Source: Scyliorhinus canicula
Lineage: Eukaryota
DNA: 64,000 nucleotides
Direction of reading: 5' to 3'
NCBI RefSeq assembly: GCF_902713615.1
Contig: NW_024056010.1
Coordinates: 882,378 to 946,377 of the forward strand
Shown: in pieces, positions 37,763 through 48,874 of the stretch
Numbering within the stretch: the first letter of the stretch is position 1
How the letters are laid out: every line of letters begins with the position of its first letter
Translations under genes and position numbers: made by a program
Notes under the pieces: generated by a model
Databases searched by the model: none
Seen by the model: the letters and a program-made list of their open reading frames with translations, nothing else
What the model was told of the DNA's origin: nothing

Positions 37763-38071
37763 CAGACGCGGTGATGTTGTGAATTTGGGTGACCTCTTCA
37801 TGAGTGACCTGGCAGGTATAGACCGCTTTGCTGAACCATTCCCCAGCGGAGACTGTCAGCCGACTGCTCGCTGAGAAGTTCCCGTTAACTTCACAGGCGG
37901 GAGAGGTGACAATTCCTGAACCCATGGCTTGTCCATTCTTCAGCCACTTCACCGTCATTGACTTTGGATGGAAATCGTTGATTGAACAGACGATGGTTGC
38001 AAATTTCTGTCTTGTGATTTCTTCACTGGAACTCACGGTGAGGAGAACATTTGGAGCATAAATTCTGGGAC
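37763..38071 (-). CDS. IGHM: Cmu2 exon
   Basis: Acceptor ttcttgaag|GT, 309 nt, ...[23 protein letters not shown]...YTCQVTH..., donor G|GTAAG. Confidence 0.95.
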
Positions 38072-38270
38072 CTTCAAGAAACACAATGAGATATCTCTTG
38101 CAGTAGAAATTGATAAACAAAATGAGTTGATATACTTAAAAAATGTTTGTGGTCAATAGACACTAAGCTGGATTTTCCAGGGATCAGGAGTATTACAAAT
38201 GAGTTATATCCAAGACCCTATATAAGGTAATCATATGTTTTCTATTTCTCACAGGTTCCACAACACTTAC

Positions 38271-38570
38271 ATTCCATTCCAATGCTCTTGTCTGAGACGC
38301 TGTGTCGAACCTCACAGCTGATGTTGCTGCATCCCCCCTCTGACTCGGTGATGGTTAACTGGCTGCTCAGGGTGTAGGTTCCCTTCTTGTTTTTTACTGA
38401 TGGGTATTTCTTAACTCCAGTGGTGATCAGCTGCCCATCGTTCTTCCAGGTGAGGCTGGTGATTTCTGGGGAGTAGTCCATCGCCAAACAGCCGTAGGTC
38501 ACGGAGCCGTCGGTGTTGTGTTGCTGACAGGAGGAGACCAGACTGTAGAGAGTGGGCGGAGTCGGTGTCA
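38271..38570 (-). CDS. IGHM: Cmu1 exon
   Basis: Acceptor ctcccccag|TG, 300 nt, [16 protein letters not shown]...[20 protein letters not shown]...[14 protein letters not shown]...ISCEVRH...GME, donor T|GTAAG. Confidence 0.95.
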
Positions 38571-39074
38571 CTGGGGGAGAATGGCCCATTCAACAAGTTA
38601 GACTCTGGTATTTGTGATTTATAAGTAACCAAGCATTTCATAATTTGACTAGAACTATGATTTTATCCTAACATTTCCGATTAAATCACACATCCACATT
38701 GAATCTTCTATCGGTTCTATCGTTCGGAATCACCTACTTTTTGTCCCTTGTTCAGAAACTCACCTCTTTCTCCGTCTCTATAAAAAAAAACATGTTTTGA
38801 TGTAATCTGAATGGTGTATCTTTCATTGGATTGAAAGAGAAGAGCAGAGCGTTTCCCCCATTATTTCAGCCACCATGTAATATAAAATGCAAATGAGGCC
38901 ATAGTTCCGGAGACTGTTCTTTCCCTTTGAGAGCTGACTGTGGTGATTTAACCTGAGGGTCACCACACATCAGGCCAGGAGCAAGGTTGAGAATGGAGAT
39001 CTTTATGAATAACCTCAGCCGGTGCAGCGTTTGAACCCGCGCTGTTGGGATCGCTCTTCGTCACGAACCAGCCG

Positions 39075-39769
39075 TCCAGCTAACTGAGCTGTGTACGTCA
39101 CAATCCAGCTAACTGAGCTGTGTACGTCACAATCCACCTAACTGAGCTGTGTACGTCACAATCCACCTAACTGAGCTGTGTACGTCACAATCCAGCTAAT
39201 TGAGGTGTGTACGTCACAATCCAGCTAATTGAGGTGTGTACGTCACAATCCAGCTAATTGAGGTGTGTACGTCACAATCCAGCTAACTGAGTTGTGTACG
39301 TCACAATCCACCTCACCGAGCCATGTACGTCACAATCCAGCTAACTGAGCTGTCACGTCACAAACCAGCTGACTGAGCTGTGTACGTCACAATCTAGCTC
39401 ACTGAGCTGGGTACGTCACAATCCAGCTAACTGAGCTGTGTATGTCACAATCCAACTAACTCAGCTATGTACGTCACAAACTAGCTGACTGAGCTGGGTA
39501 CGTCACAATCCAGCTAACTGAGCTGTGTATGTCACAATCCAGCTAACTGAGCTGTGTACGTCACAACCCAGCTAACTGAGCTGTGTAGATCATAATCCAG
39601 CTAATTGAGCTGTGTACGTCACAATCCAGCTAACTGAGCTGTGTACGTCACAATCCAGCTAACTGAGCTGTGTAGGTCATAATCCAGCTAATTGAGCTGT
39701 GTACGTCACAATCCAGCTAATTGAGCTGTGTACGTCACAATCCAGCTAACTGAGCTGTGTACGTCACAA
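39075..39769. repeat. Minisatellite, 24 x 29 bp (tccagctaactgagctgtgtacgtcacaa)
   Basis: Period 29 from 39075 to the last unit at 39741, with one 1-nt deletion. Confidence 0.97.
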
Positions 39770-40249
39770 TCAATTTGTCTTACAAAAGTTGTCTCTTCAT
39801 TTGTATCTTTGCAGTTTTGGGAAATTCTCTTTGTTCAAACTGACTGATGCCCCTCCTCTCTCCACCTCACTACCCCCACTCCCCAAACCAGAGAATAGTG
39901 GCTTTGCTTCAAAAACACCTTCTGAATGCACCTTTATATAATTACAATAAAATTCTACATTTGAGTAATTGCAACATTCACTAATTTTAGGACCATGCAC
40001 ATTGACAGCAGGAGGAGGCCATTCAATCCGTGGAGTCTCCTCCCCCATTCAATAAGATCCTGGCTGTGCTGATTGTGGTGTTAACCCCACATTCCGCCTG
40101 TCACTGAGACCGGGCTGTCTGCGATCCCCCCAAACCCCGCCCCGCGCTCTCTGAGCGTTCCCCCATCTCTCTGCGGTTCCCGCTGGATTGCTGCACCTTC
40201 CTCCTGGTCCCTTCACTATCGTTTAGCTCTCTGCTCTTTTCCACGGCTC

Positions 40250-41690
40250 TTTGCCCATGTGCGCTGCACTTTCCCTAGTTCTTTCGACTTTTCCCGGTTC
40301 CTGGCACTTTCCCCGGGCTTTTTGAACATTTCGCCACTGTGCGCTTTACCCCGATTCTTATGGCTTATCGCCCACTCTATGGACTTTCGTCCGGCTCTCT
40401 GCACTTGCGCCAGCTCTCTGCCCCTTCTCCCGGCTCTCTGCCCCTCCCCCCGGTTCTCTGCGCCTTCCCCAGGCTCTCTGCTCCTTCCCCCGGCTCTCTG
40501 CTCCTTCCCCCGGCTCTCTGCTCCTCCCCCGGCTCTCTGCTCCTTCCCCCGGCTCTCTGTGCCTTCCCCAGGCTCTCTGCTGCTTCCCCGGCTCTTGGCG
40601 CCTTCCCCCGGCTCCCTGCACTTCCCCCGGCTCCTGCACTCCCACTCCCCCCCCCACCCCGCTCTCTGCACCTTTCCCTTGCTCCCTCCACTTCCTTCCA
40701 GCTCTCTGTCCTTTTCTACAGCTCTCTGTGTGTTCCGCTGCATCTCTGCCCATTCCCCTGCATCTCTGCCCATTCCACTGCATCTCTGCCCATTCTCCTG
40801 CATCTCTGCCCATTCCCCTTCATATCTGCCCTTTCCCCTTCATCTCTGCCCTTTCCCTTGCATCTCTGCCCTTTCCCCTGCATCTCTGCCCTTTCCCTTG
40901 CATCTCTGCCCTTTCCCCTGCATCTCTGCCCTTTCCCCTGCATCTCTGCCCTTTCCCCTGCATCTCTGCCCTTTCCCCTGCATCTCTGCCCTTTCCACTG
41001 CATCTCTGGCCTTTCCCCTGCATCTCTGCCCATTCCCCTGCATCTCTGCCCTTTCCCCTGCATCTCTGTGCTTTCCTCCCAACTCTGCCTTTTCGCCGTC
41101 TCTCGGCTCCTTCCCCCGGCTCTCCGCACTTTCCCCCGGCTCTCGGCTCCTTCCCCCGGCTCTCGGCTCCTTCCCCCGGCTTTCTGCACCTTCCCCCGGC
41201 TCTCTGCACCTTCCCCCGGCTCTCTGCCCCTTCCCCCGGCTCCCTGCCCCTCCCCCCGGTTCTCTGCGCCTTCCCCCGGCTCTCGGCTCCTCTCCCGGCT
41301 CTCGGCTCCTTCCCCCGGCTCTCGGCTCCTTCCCCCGGATTTCTGCACCTGCCCCCGGCTCTCTGCTCCTTCCCCCGGCTCTCTGCTCTTTCCCCCGGCT
41401 CTCTGCTCCTACCCCCGGCTCTCGGCACCTTCCCCCGGCTCTCGGCACCTTCCCCCGGCTCTCTGCCCCTTCCCCTGCCTCTCTGCTCCTTCCCCCGGCT
41501 CTCTGCCCCTTCCCCTGGCTCTCTGCCCCTTCCCCCGGCTCTCTGCCCCTTCCCCCGGCTCTCTGCCCCTTCCCCCTGCTCTCTGCTCCTTCCCGCGGCT
41601 CTCTGCTCCTTCCCCCGGCTCTCCGCACTTTCCCCCGGCTCTCCGCACTTTCCCCCGGCTCTCTGTTCCTTCCTCCGGCTCTCGCCACTC
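40250..41690. repeat. Compound 20-bp satellite (A: ctctctgctccttcccccgg; B: ctgcatctctgccctttccc, ~40739-41068)
   Basis: A-B-A block structure; pyrimidine-rich on +, purine/G-rich on the IgM sense strand. Confidence 0.95.
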
Positions 41691-41806
41691 CCGTGTCATG
41701 CAGCCACATTCGGGCGCCACTGGACATCAGTTTCGCTCCAGTTCTCTATTCCTCCCCCGTTGCAGTCGCTCCCTTGCCCATTTCCTGAGCATCAGAGAGA
41801 GAGGAT

Positions 41807-42126
41807 GAGTGAGTAACTGAGTGAGGGTCGGAGAGTGAGTGTGTGTGAGTGAGTAACTGAGTGAGGGTAGGAGAGTGAGTGTGGGTGAGTGAGTAACTGA
41901 GTGAGGGTAGGAGAGTGTGTGCGGGTGAGTGACTAACTGAGTGAGGGTAGGAGAGTGAGTGTGGGTGAGTGAGTAACTGAGTGAGGGTAGAAGAGTGAGT
42001 GCGGGTGAGTGACTAACTGAGTGAGGGTAGGAGAGTGAGTGTGGGTGAGTGAGTAACTGAGTGAGTGTAGGAGGGTGAGTGGGGATGAGTGAGGAACTGA
42101 GTGAGGGTAGGAGAGTGAGTGTGTGT
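41807..42126. repeat. 8 x 40-bp tandem repeat (gagtgagtaactgagtgagggtaggagagtgagtgtgggt)
   Basis: Period 40. Confidence 0.92.
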
Positions 42127-43655
42127 GAGTGAGTTGGCTGATTGAGGATGTATGAGTGTTGATGAGTGGCAGATCAGGGTGAATGACAGAGTGAGGGTTA
42201 ATGGGTGAGGCTGTGTCTCCGAGCACGAATGAGCCAGGATGGGTGAGGGAGAGTGAGTGAGAGGCAGGAATGAGTGCCGCTGGATGAGTGAGGTTGTGTA
42301 GTTCGAGCCAATGAAGATGAGTGACCGAGGGTGGGTGAGTCAGGGGGTCGGTGAATGAGTGAGCATGGGTGAGTCAGGGGGTCGATTGCTGGTGAGTGAA
42401 TGTAGTGGGTGAATGAATGAGGGGGAGTCAGTGACCGTAGTCGAGTGAGGGTGAATGAGTGAGGATGATTGAAGGAGGATGTATGAGTGAGTGCGGGTCA
42501 GTGAGGATGTAACTGTGGCTCAGTGAGTGAGGTGCATCATTGAGAATTAGTGGGTGTGCGAGGATGAGTGAGGATGAGTGAGTGGCAGAGAATGAGTGTG
42601 GGTGGGTGGTGCGCGAGGGTGGGTGTGTGATGGTGGTTGAGTGAGTCAGGGTGAGTGAGAGGATGGGTGTGGGTAAATGAGGGTGTGTGAGGATGGGTGG
42701 GTGAGTGAGGGTGAGGGATAGTGGGTGACAGAGGGTGGGTGCGTCTGGTGAGGGTGGCTCAATAAGGGTGTATGAGGGAATGTGAATGAGTGAGGGTGCG
42801 TGAGTGAGGAAGGGTAAGGATCTGTGAGTGAAGGTCTTAAAGAGGGTGGGTGCGAGTCTTTGTGAGGGTGAATGAGTGAGGCTGGATGAGTAAGTATGAA
42901 TGAGTCATTGTGGGTGTGTGAGGGAGGATTCGAGAGTGATGGTGGGTTGGAGGGTGAGTGAGTGAGTGTGGGGGAGTTAGGGTGGGTGGTGGTATTTGAG
43001 TGGGGGGAGAGTGAATGTGTCAGTGAGGGTGGGTTAAAGATTGAGGGTGCGTGAGGGTGGGTGTGTGAGTGTGGGTGAGTGAATAAGCGTGCATGAGGGT
43101 GGGTGGGTTAGGGTGTGTGAGGGTGGGTGAGTGAGGGTGTGTGAGGGTAGGGGAGTGAGGGTGAGTGAGGGTAGGGGAGTGAGGGTGTGTGAGGGTGGGT
43201 GAGTGAGGGTGTGTCAGGGAGGGTGGGTGAGTGAGGGTGTGTGAGGGTAGGGGAGTGAGGGTGTGTGAGGGTAGGGGAGTGAGGGTGTGTGAGGGTGGGT
43301 GAGTGAGGGTGTGTCAGGGAGGGTGGGTGAGTGAGGGTGAGTGAGTGACCGTGGGTGTGAGGGTGTGTGTGAGCGTCGTAAAGGAAAAGTTTGTCATTGA
43401 GGATGGGTGAGTGAGGGTGTGTGAGCGAGGGTGTGTGAGGGTGGCGGAGTGAGTGTGGGTGGGTGACTGAGTGAGGGTGAGAGCCTGAAGGAGAGTGGGT
43501 GAGGATGAGTCAGGATGGGCGTTGGTTTGAGGATGAGTGGGTGAGAATGTGTGAGTGAGGGTGAACGAGTTAGGTTGGGCCTGAAAGGGTGAGTCAATCA
43601 GGGCGAGTGGTGGTGAATGAGGATGGGTGACTGTGTGTGTGAGGGTGAGGGAGTG
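42127..43655. repeat. Degenerate GT/GA-rich low-complexity tract
   Basis: gtgagtgagggtgggt-type motifs. Confidence 0.85.
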
Positions 43656-46630
43656 AAAGTGTGTCAGAGTGGGTGGGTGAGTGACAGTGTGTCAGGGAGG
43701 GTGGGTGAGTGACAGTGTGTCAGGGAGGGTGGGTGAGTGACAGTGTGTCAGGGAGGGTGGGTGAGTGAGAGTGTGTCAGGGAGGGTGGGTGAGTGAGAGT
43801 GTGTCAGGGAGGGTGGGTGAGTGAGAGTGTGTCAGGGAGGGTGGGTGAGTGACAGTGTGTCAGGGAGGGTGGGTGAGTGAGAGTGTGTCAGGGAGGGTGG
43901 GTGAGAGAGAGTGTGTCAGGGAGGGTTGGTGAGTGAGAGTGTGTCAGGGAGGGTGGGTGAGTGAGTGTGTATCAGGGAGGGAGGGTCAGTGAGTGTGTGT
44001 CAGGGAGGGTGGGTGAGTGAAAGTGTGTCAGGGAGGGTGGGTGAGTGAGACTGTGCCAGGGAGAGTGGGTGAGTGTGTGTGTCAGGGAGGATGGGTGAGT
44101 GAGAGTGTGTCAGGGAGGGTGGATGAGTGTGTGTGTGTGTCAGGGAGGGTGGGTGAGTGAGAGTGAGTCAGGGAGGGTGGGTGAGTGAGAGAGTGTCAGT
44201 GAGTGTGAGTCAGGGAGGGTGGGTGAGTGAGAGTGCGTCAGGGAGGGTGGGAGAGTGAGACTGTGTCAGGGAGGGTGGGTGAGTGAGAGTGTGTCAGGGA
44301 GGGTGGGTGAGTGAGTGTGTCATGGAGGGTGGGTGAGTGAGAGTTTCAGGGAGGGTGGGTGATAGTGTGTGTCAGGGATGGGGTGGGTGTGTGAGAGTGT
44401 GTCAGGAGAGTGGGTGAGCGAAAGTGTGTCAGGGAGGGTATGTGAGTGAGTGTGTGACAGGGAGGGTGTGTGAATGAGTGTGTGTCAGGGAGGGTGGGTG
44501 ATTGAGAGTGTGTCAGGGAGGGTGGGTGATTGAGAGTGTGTCAGGCAGGGTGTGTGAGTTAGTGTCTGTCAGGGAGGATGGGGGGTGGTGAGTGGGTGTA
44601 AGGGAAGGTGGGTCAGTGAGTGTGTGTCAGGGAGGGTGGGTGAGTGAGAGTGTTCCAGGTAGGGTGGGTGAGTGAGAGTGTGTTAGGGAGGGTGGGTGAG
44701 AGAGAGTGTGTCAGGGAGGGTGGATGAGTGGGAGTGTGTCGGGGAGGGTGGGTGAGAGAGTGTGTCAGGGAGGGAGGGTGAGTGAGTGTGTGTCAGGGCG
44801 GGTGGGTGAGTGAGAGTGTGTCAGGGAGGGTGGGTCAGTGAGGGTGGGTCAGTGAGAGTGGGTCAGGGAGGGTGGTGAGTGAGAGTGTGTCAGGGAGGGT
44901 GGGTGAGAGAGTGTGTGAGGGAGGGTGGGTGAGTCTGTGTGTGTCAGGGAGGGTGGGTGAGTGCGAGTGTGTCAGGAAGGGTGGTGAGTGAGAGTGTGTC
45001 AGTGAGGGTGGGTGAGAGAGAGTGTGTCAGGGAGGGAGTGTGTGTGTGTGTGCCAGGGAGGGTGGATGAGTGAGAGTGTGTCGGGGAGGGTGGATGAGAG
45101 AGTGTGTCAGGGCGGGTGGGTGAATGAGTGTGTGTCAGGGCGGGTGGGTGAATGAGTGTCTGTCAGGGAGGGTGGGTGAGTGAGAGTGTATCAGGGAGGG
45201 TGGGTGAGTGAGAGTGTGTCAGGGAGGATGGATGAGTGACAGTGTATCAGGGAGGGTGGGTGAGTGAGAGTGTGTCAGGTTTGGTGGGTGAGAGAGAGTG
45301 TGTCAGGGAGGGAGGGTGAGTGTGTGTGTGTCAGGGAGGGTGTGTGATTGAGGGTGGGTGAGTGAGAGTGGATCAGGGAGGTGTGTCAGGGAGGGTGGGT
45401 GAGTGAGTGTTTGTCAGGGAGGGTGGGTGAGTGACAGTGCGTCTGGGTGGGTGAGAGTGTGTGTCAGGGTGGGTGGGGGTGAGTGCGTGTCAGGGAGGGT
45501 GGATGATTGGGAGTGTGTCGGGGAGGGTGGGTGAGAGAGTGTGTCAGGGAGGGAGGGTGAGTGAGTGTGTGTCAGGGCGGGTGGGTGAGTGAGAGTGTGT
45601 CAGGGAGGGTGGGTCAGTGAGGGTGGGTGAGTGAGAGTGTGTCAGGGAGGGTGGGTCAGTGAGGGTGGGTGAGTGAGAGTGTGTCAGCGAGTGTGGGTGA
45701 GTGAGTGTGTCAGGGAGGGTGGGTGAGTGAGAGTGTGTCAGGGAGGGTGGGTGAGTGAGGGTGTGTCGGGGAGGGTGGGTGAGTGAGAGTGTGTCAGGGA
45801 GGGTGGGTGAGTGTGTGTGTGTCAGGGAGGGTGGGTGAGTGTGAGTGTGTCAGGGAGGGTGGGTCAGTGAGTGTGTGTCACCGAGGGTGGGTGAGTGAGA
45901 GTGTGTCAGGGAGAGTGGGTGAGTGAGAGTGTGTCAGGGAGTGTGTGTGAGTGAGAGTGTGTCAGGGAGGGTGGGGGAGTGAGAGTGTGTCAGGGAGGGT
46001 GGGGGAGTGAGAGTGTGTCAGGGAGGGTGGGTGAGTCAGAGTGTGTCAGGGAGGGTGGGTGAGTCAGAGTGTGTCAGGGAGGGTGGGTGAGTGAGAGTGT
46101 GTCAGGGAGGGTGGGTGAGTGACAGTGCGTCTGGGTGGGTGAGTGTGTGTGTCAGGGAGGGTGGATGAGTGGGAGTGTGTCGGGGAGGGTGGGTGAGAGA
46201 GTGTGTCAGGGAGGGTGGGTGAGTGAGAGCGTGTCAGGGAGGGTGGGTGAGTGTGTGTGTGTCAGGGAGGGTGGGTGAGTGTGAGTGTGTCAGGGAGGGT
46301 GGGTCAGTGAGTGTGTGTCAGGGAGTGTGTGTGAGTGAGAGTGTGTCAGGGAGGTTGGGGGAGTGAGAGTGTGTCAGGGAGGGTGGGTGAGTCAGAGTGT
46401 GTCAGGGAGGGTGGGTGAGTGAGAGTGTGTCAGGGAGGGTGGGTGAGTGAGAGTCTGTCAGGGGGAGTGGGTGAGTCAGAATGTGTCAGGGAGGGTGGGT
46501 GAGTCAGACTGTGTCAGGGAGGGTAGGTGAGTGAGAGTGTGTCAGGGATGGTGGGTGAGTGAGAGTCTTTCAGGGGGGGTGGGTGAGTTAGAATGTGTCA
46601 GGGAGGGTGGGTGAGTGAGACTGTGTCGGG
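43655..46630. repeat. Satellite, ~100 x 28 bp (gtgtgtcagggagggtgggtgagtgaga)
   Basis: Highly regular 28-mer with three GGG tracts per unit on +. Confidence 0.96.
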
Positions 46631-46990
46631 GCGCGTGGTTGAGTGAGGGTAAGTGAGTGAGGGTGGGTGTGAGGGTGGGTGTGAGGGTTGTTAAGGAAAG
46701 ATGTATCATTGAGGATAGGTGAGTGAGTGTGAATGAGTGATGGTGAGTGAGTGAGTGAAGACTGGTGAGTGAGGGCGAGTGAGCGTGGATGAGTGAGTGG
46801 CCGTGATGGTTCTTCCCAGGTGCTCCCAGCCCATTAGGACGATGTTTCTCTGGATGATTTTCCGCTCAGGCTCAGCTTTCTGTTGCCTGTTGTCCACAGC
46901 CGAGCTGAGGGCTCTTCCATTCGGCTCCACCACCCCCACCTCCTCCTCTTCCTCTCCATCTATCCTGTCCTGATTCTACACATTGATCAG

Positions 46991-47310
46991 CTTTCAGTAA
47001 CACCGGCTGTGTACAGTCAGACAGCAGTGTAGATCACTGGGCAGCTACTTTAATACTTTCAGTAACACCGGCTGTGTACAGTCAGACAGCAGTGTAGATC
47101 ACTGGGCAGCTGCTTTAATACTTTCAGTAACACCGGCTGTGTACAGTCAGACAGCAGTGTAGCTCACTGGGCAGCTGGTTTAATACTGTCAGTAACACGG
47201 GCTGTGTACAGTCAGACAGCAGTGTAGATCACTGGGCAGCTGCTTTAATACTTTCAGTAACACCGGCTGTGTACAGACAGCAGTGTAGATCACTGGGCAG
47301 CTGCTTTAAT
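46991..47310. repeat. 5 x 65-bp tandem repeat
   Basis: Units at 46991, 47056, 47121, 47186 and 47251 (the last has a 5-nt deletion). Confidence 0.95.
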
Positions 47311-47399
47311 GCCGATGTAATTTCATTTTGTACGAAACAATTCGGAACTTCAACAATGAACATTCCTGCAATTTAAGAGATTTTAATTTTACAACTGGC

Positions 47400-48660
47400 A
47401 ATTTCAGGCCGTAAAATTGCTGTCATATTTTGTCAGAGTGTTTTCTTCATTTTTGTGCTGTAGGAGTCTCTGACTGGGCCAGCATTTATTTCCCATCCCT
47501 CAGTGTCCTTGAGAAGATGGTGGTGAGCTTCATTCTTCAACCACTGCAGTCCATGTGGTGTTTGGGAGGCAGCTCCAGAATTTTGAATCATGGACAGTGA
47601 AGGAACAATGTGATATTTTGAGGTCACGATGGTGAGAGGCTTGATGGAGAAATTCCAGTTGGTGATGTTCCCATGTGTCTGCTGTCCTTGTACAGATGGT
47701 GCTGTTGTGAGATTTGAAGGTGCTGTCGAAGGAGCCATGACGAGTTCCTGCAGAGCATGTTGTTGGTGTTACACACTGCTGCCAGTGTCCCTCAGTGGTG
47801 GAGGGAGGGAGTGGTTGTCGATGGTGTCCCAATCACGGGCTACTTTGTCCTGGATGATGTTCAGTTTTTGAGTGTCGTTGGAGCTGTATTCATTCAGACA
47901 ACTGGGGAGCATTCCATCACACTCCTGAATCGTGCCTTGCGTGATATGGAGATGCCGGCGTTGGACTGGGGTGAGCACAGTAAGAAGTCTTACTCAGGTG
48001 ACTCACCTGATGAAGGAGCTGCGCTCCGAAAGCTAGGGATTCCAAACAAACCTGTTGGACTTTAACCTGGTGTTGCAGATGGTGGATAGGCTTTGGGGCA
48101 TCAGGAGGTGTTTTTGTTGCAGAATTCCGAGTCTCTGACCTCTTGTCGCAGCCACACAGTGTATATGGCGAGTCCAGTTCAGTTTCTGGTCAATGATCAG
48201 CAGGAGATTCAGCGATGGTAATTCCATTGAATGGCATAAGGTGATCGTTCGATCTTCGCTTGTTTGAGATGTCCATTACGTGCACTTGTCTGGTGCGAAT
48301 GTTCCTTTCCCCTTGTCAGCCCAAGCCTGGATATAGTCCAGATCTTGCTGCATTTACCAATGGACAGCTTCAGTAACTGCGGAGCCGTGAATGGTGCTGC
48401 ACATCGTTCAATGATCAGCCAAAATCCCCACTTCTGACTTTTGGAAGGTCATTGCTGAAGCAGCTAAAGATGGTGGGGCCGACACTGAGGACCCCTGCAG
48501 TGATGTCCTGGAACTGAGATGATTGACCTGCAGAAACCAAAACCATCTTCCACTCGGTATGACTCAAACCAGCGGGGAATTTCCCCCCGATTCCCATTGA
48601 CTCCAGTTTTGCTCGGGGTCCTTAATGCAACACTGGTTCAAATGTTGCCTTGATGTCATG
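47400..48660 (-). mobile_element. CR1/L2-type LINE 3' fragment interrupted by a Penelope-like piece
   Basis: IDQKLNWT and KLNIIQDK motifs; the same family occurs at 51760-52040 and 61150-62040. Confidence 0.7.
48004..48038 (+). ncRNA. Minimal hammerhead ribozyme motif in a Penelope-like terminal repeat
   Basis: CAC-CTGATGA-A-GGAGC tgc GCTCC-GAAA-GCTA-GGG; perfect core and stem II, one mismatch in stem I. Confidence 0.7.
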
Positions 48661-48874
48661 AACAGCCACACTCAGCTGTCTGTGTGTTCTTGTGTGTGTG
48701 TATCCTTGTGTGCATGTTCCCAGGTATTCGTGTGTGTGTGTGTGAGCGTGTGTCTGTTCCTGTGTATGTGTGTCCCTCTGTATCCCTGTGTACGTGTTCC
48801 TCGGTGTTCATGTGTGTCTGTGAGCGTGTGTGTCTGTTCCTGTTTGTGTGTTGCTGTGTGTGTGATGAGTGTAC

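Noticed and set aside
34688-38570. Alternative assignment as IgW or IgNAR
   Set aside because: Four C domains with mu-type sequence, a mu secretory tail, a conventional VH with full FR2/CDR2 and two D segments all indicate IgM.
39075-39769. CRISPR-like regular array (also the 65-mer at 46991-47310)
   Set aside because: Head-to-tail tandem units without unique spacers, no cas genes, eukaryotic context.
40216-41816. Long ORFs of 200-509 aa on both strands
   Set aside because: They are translations of stop-poor 20-bp satellites with no domain content or splice context.
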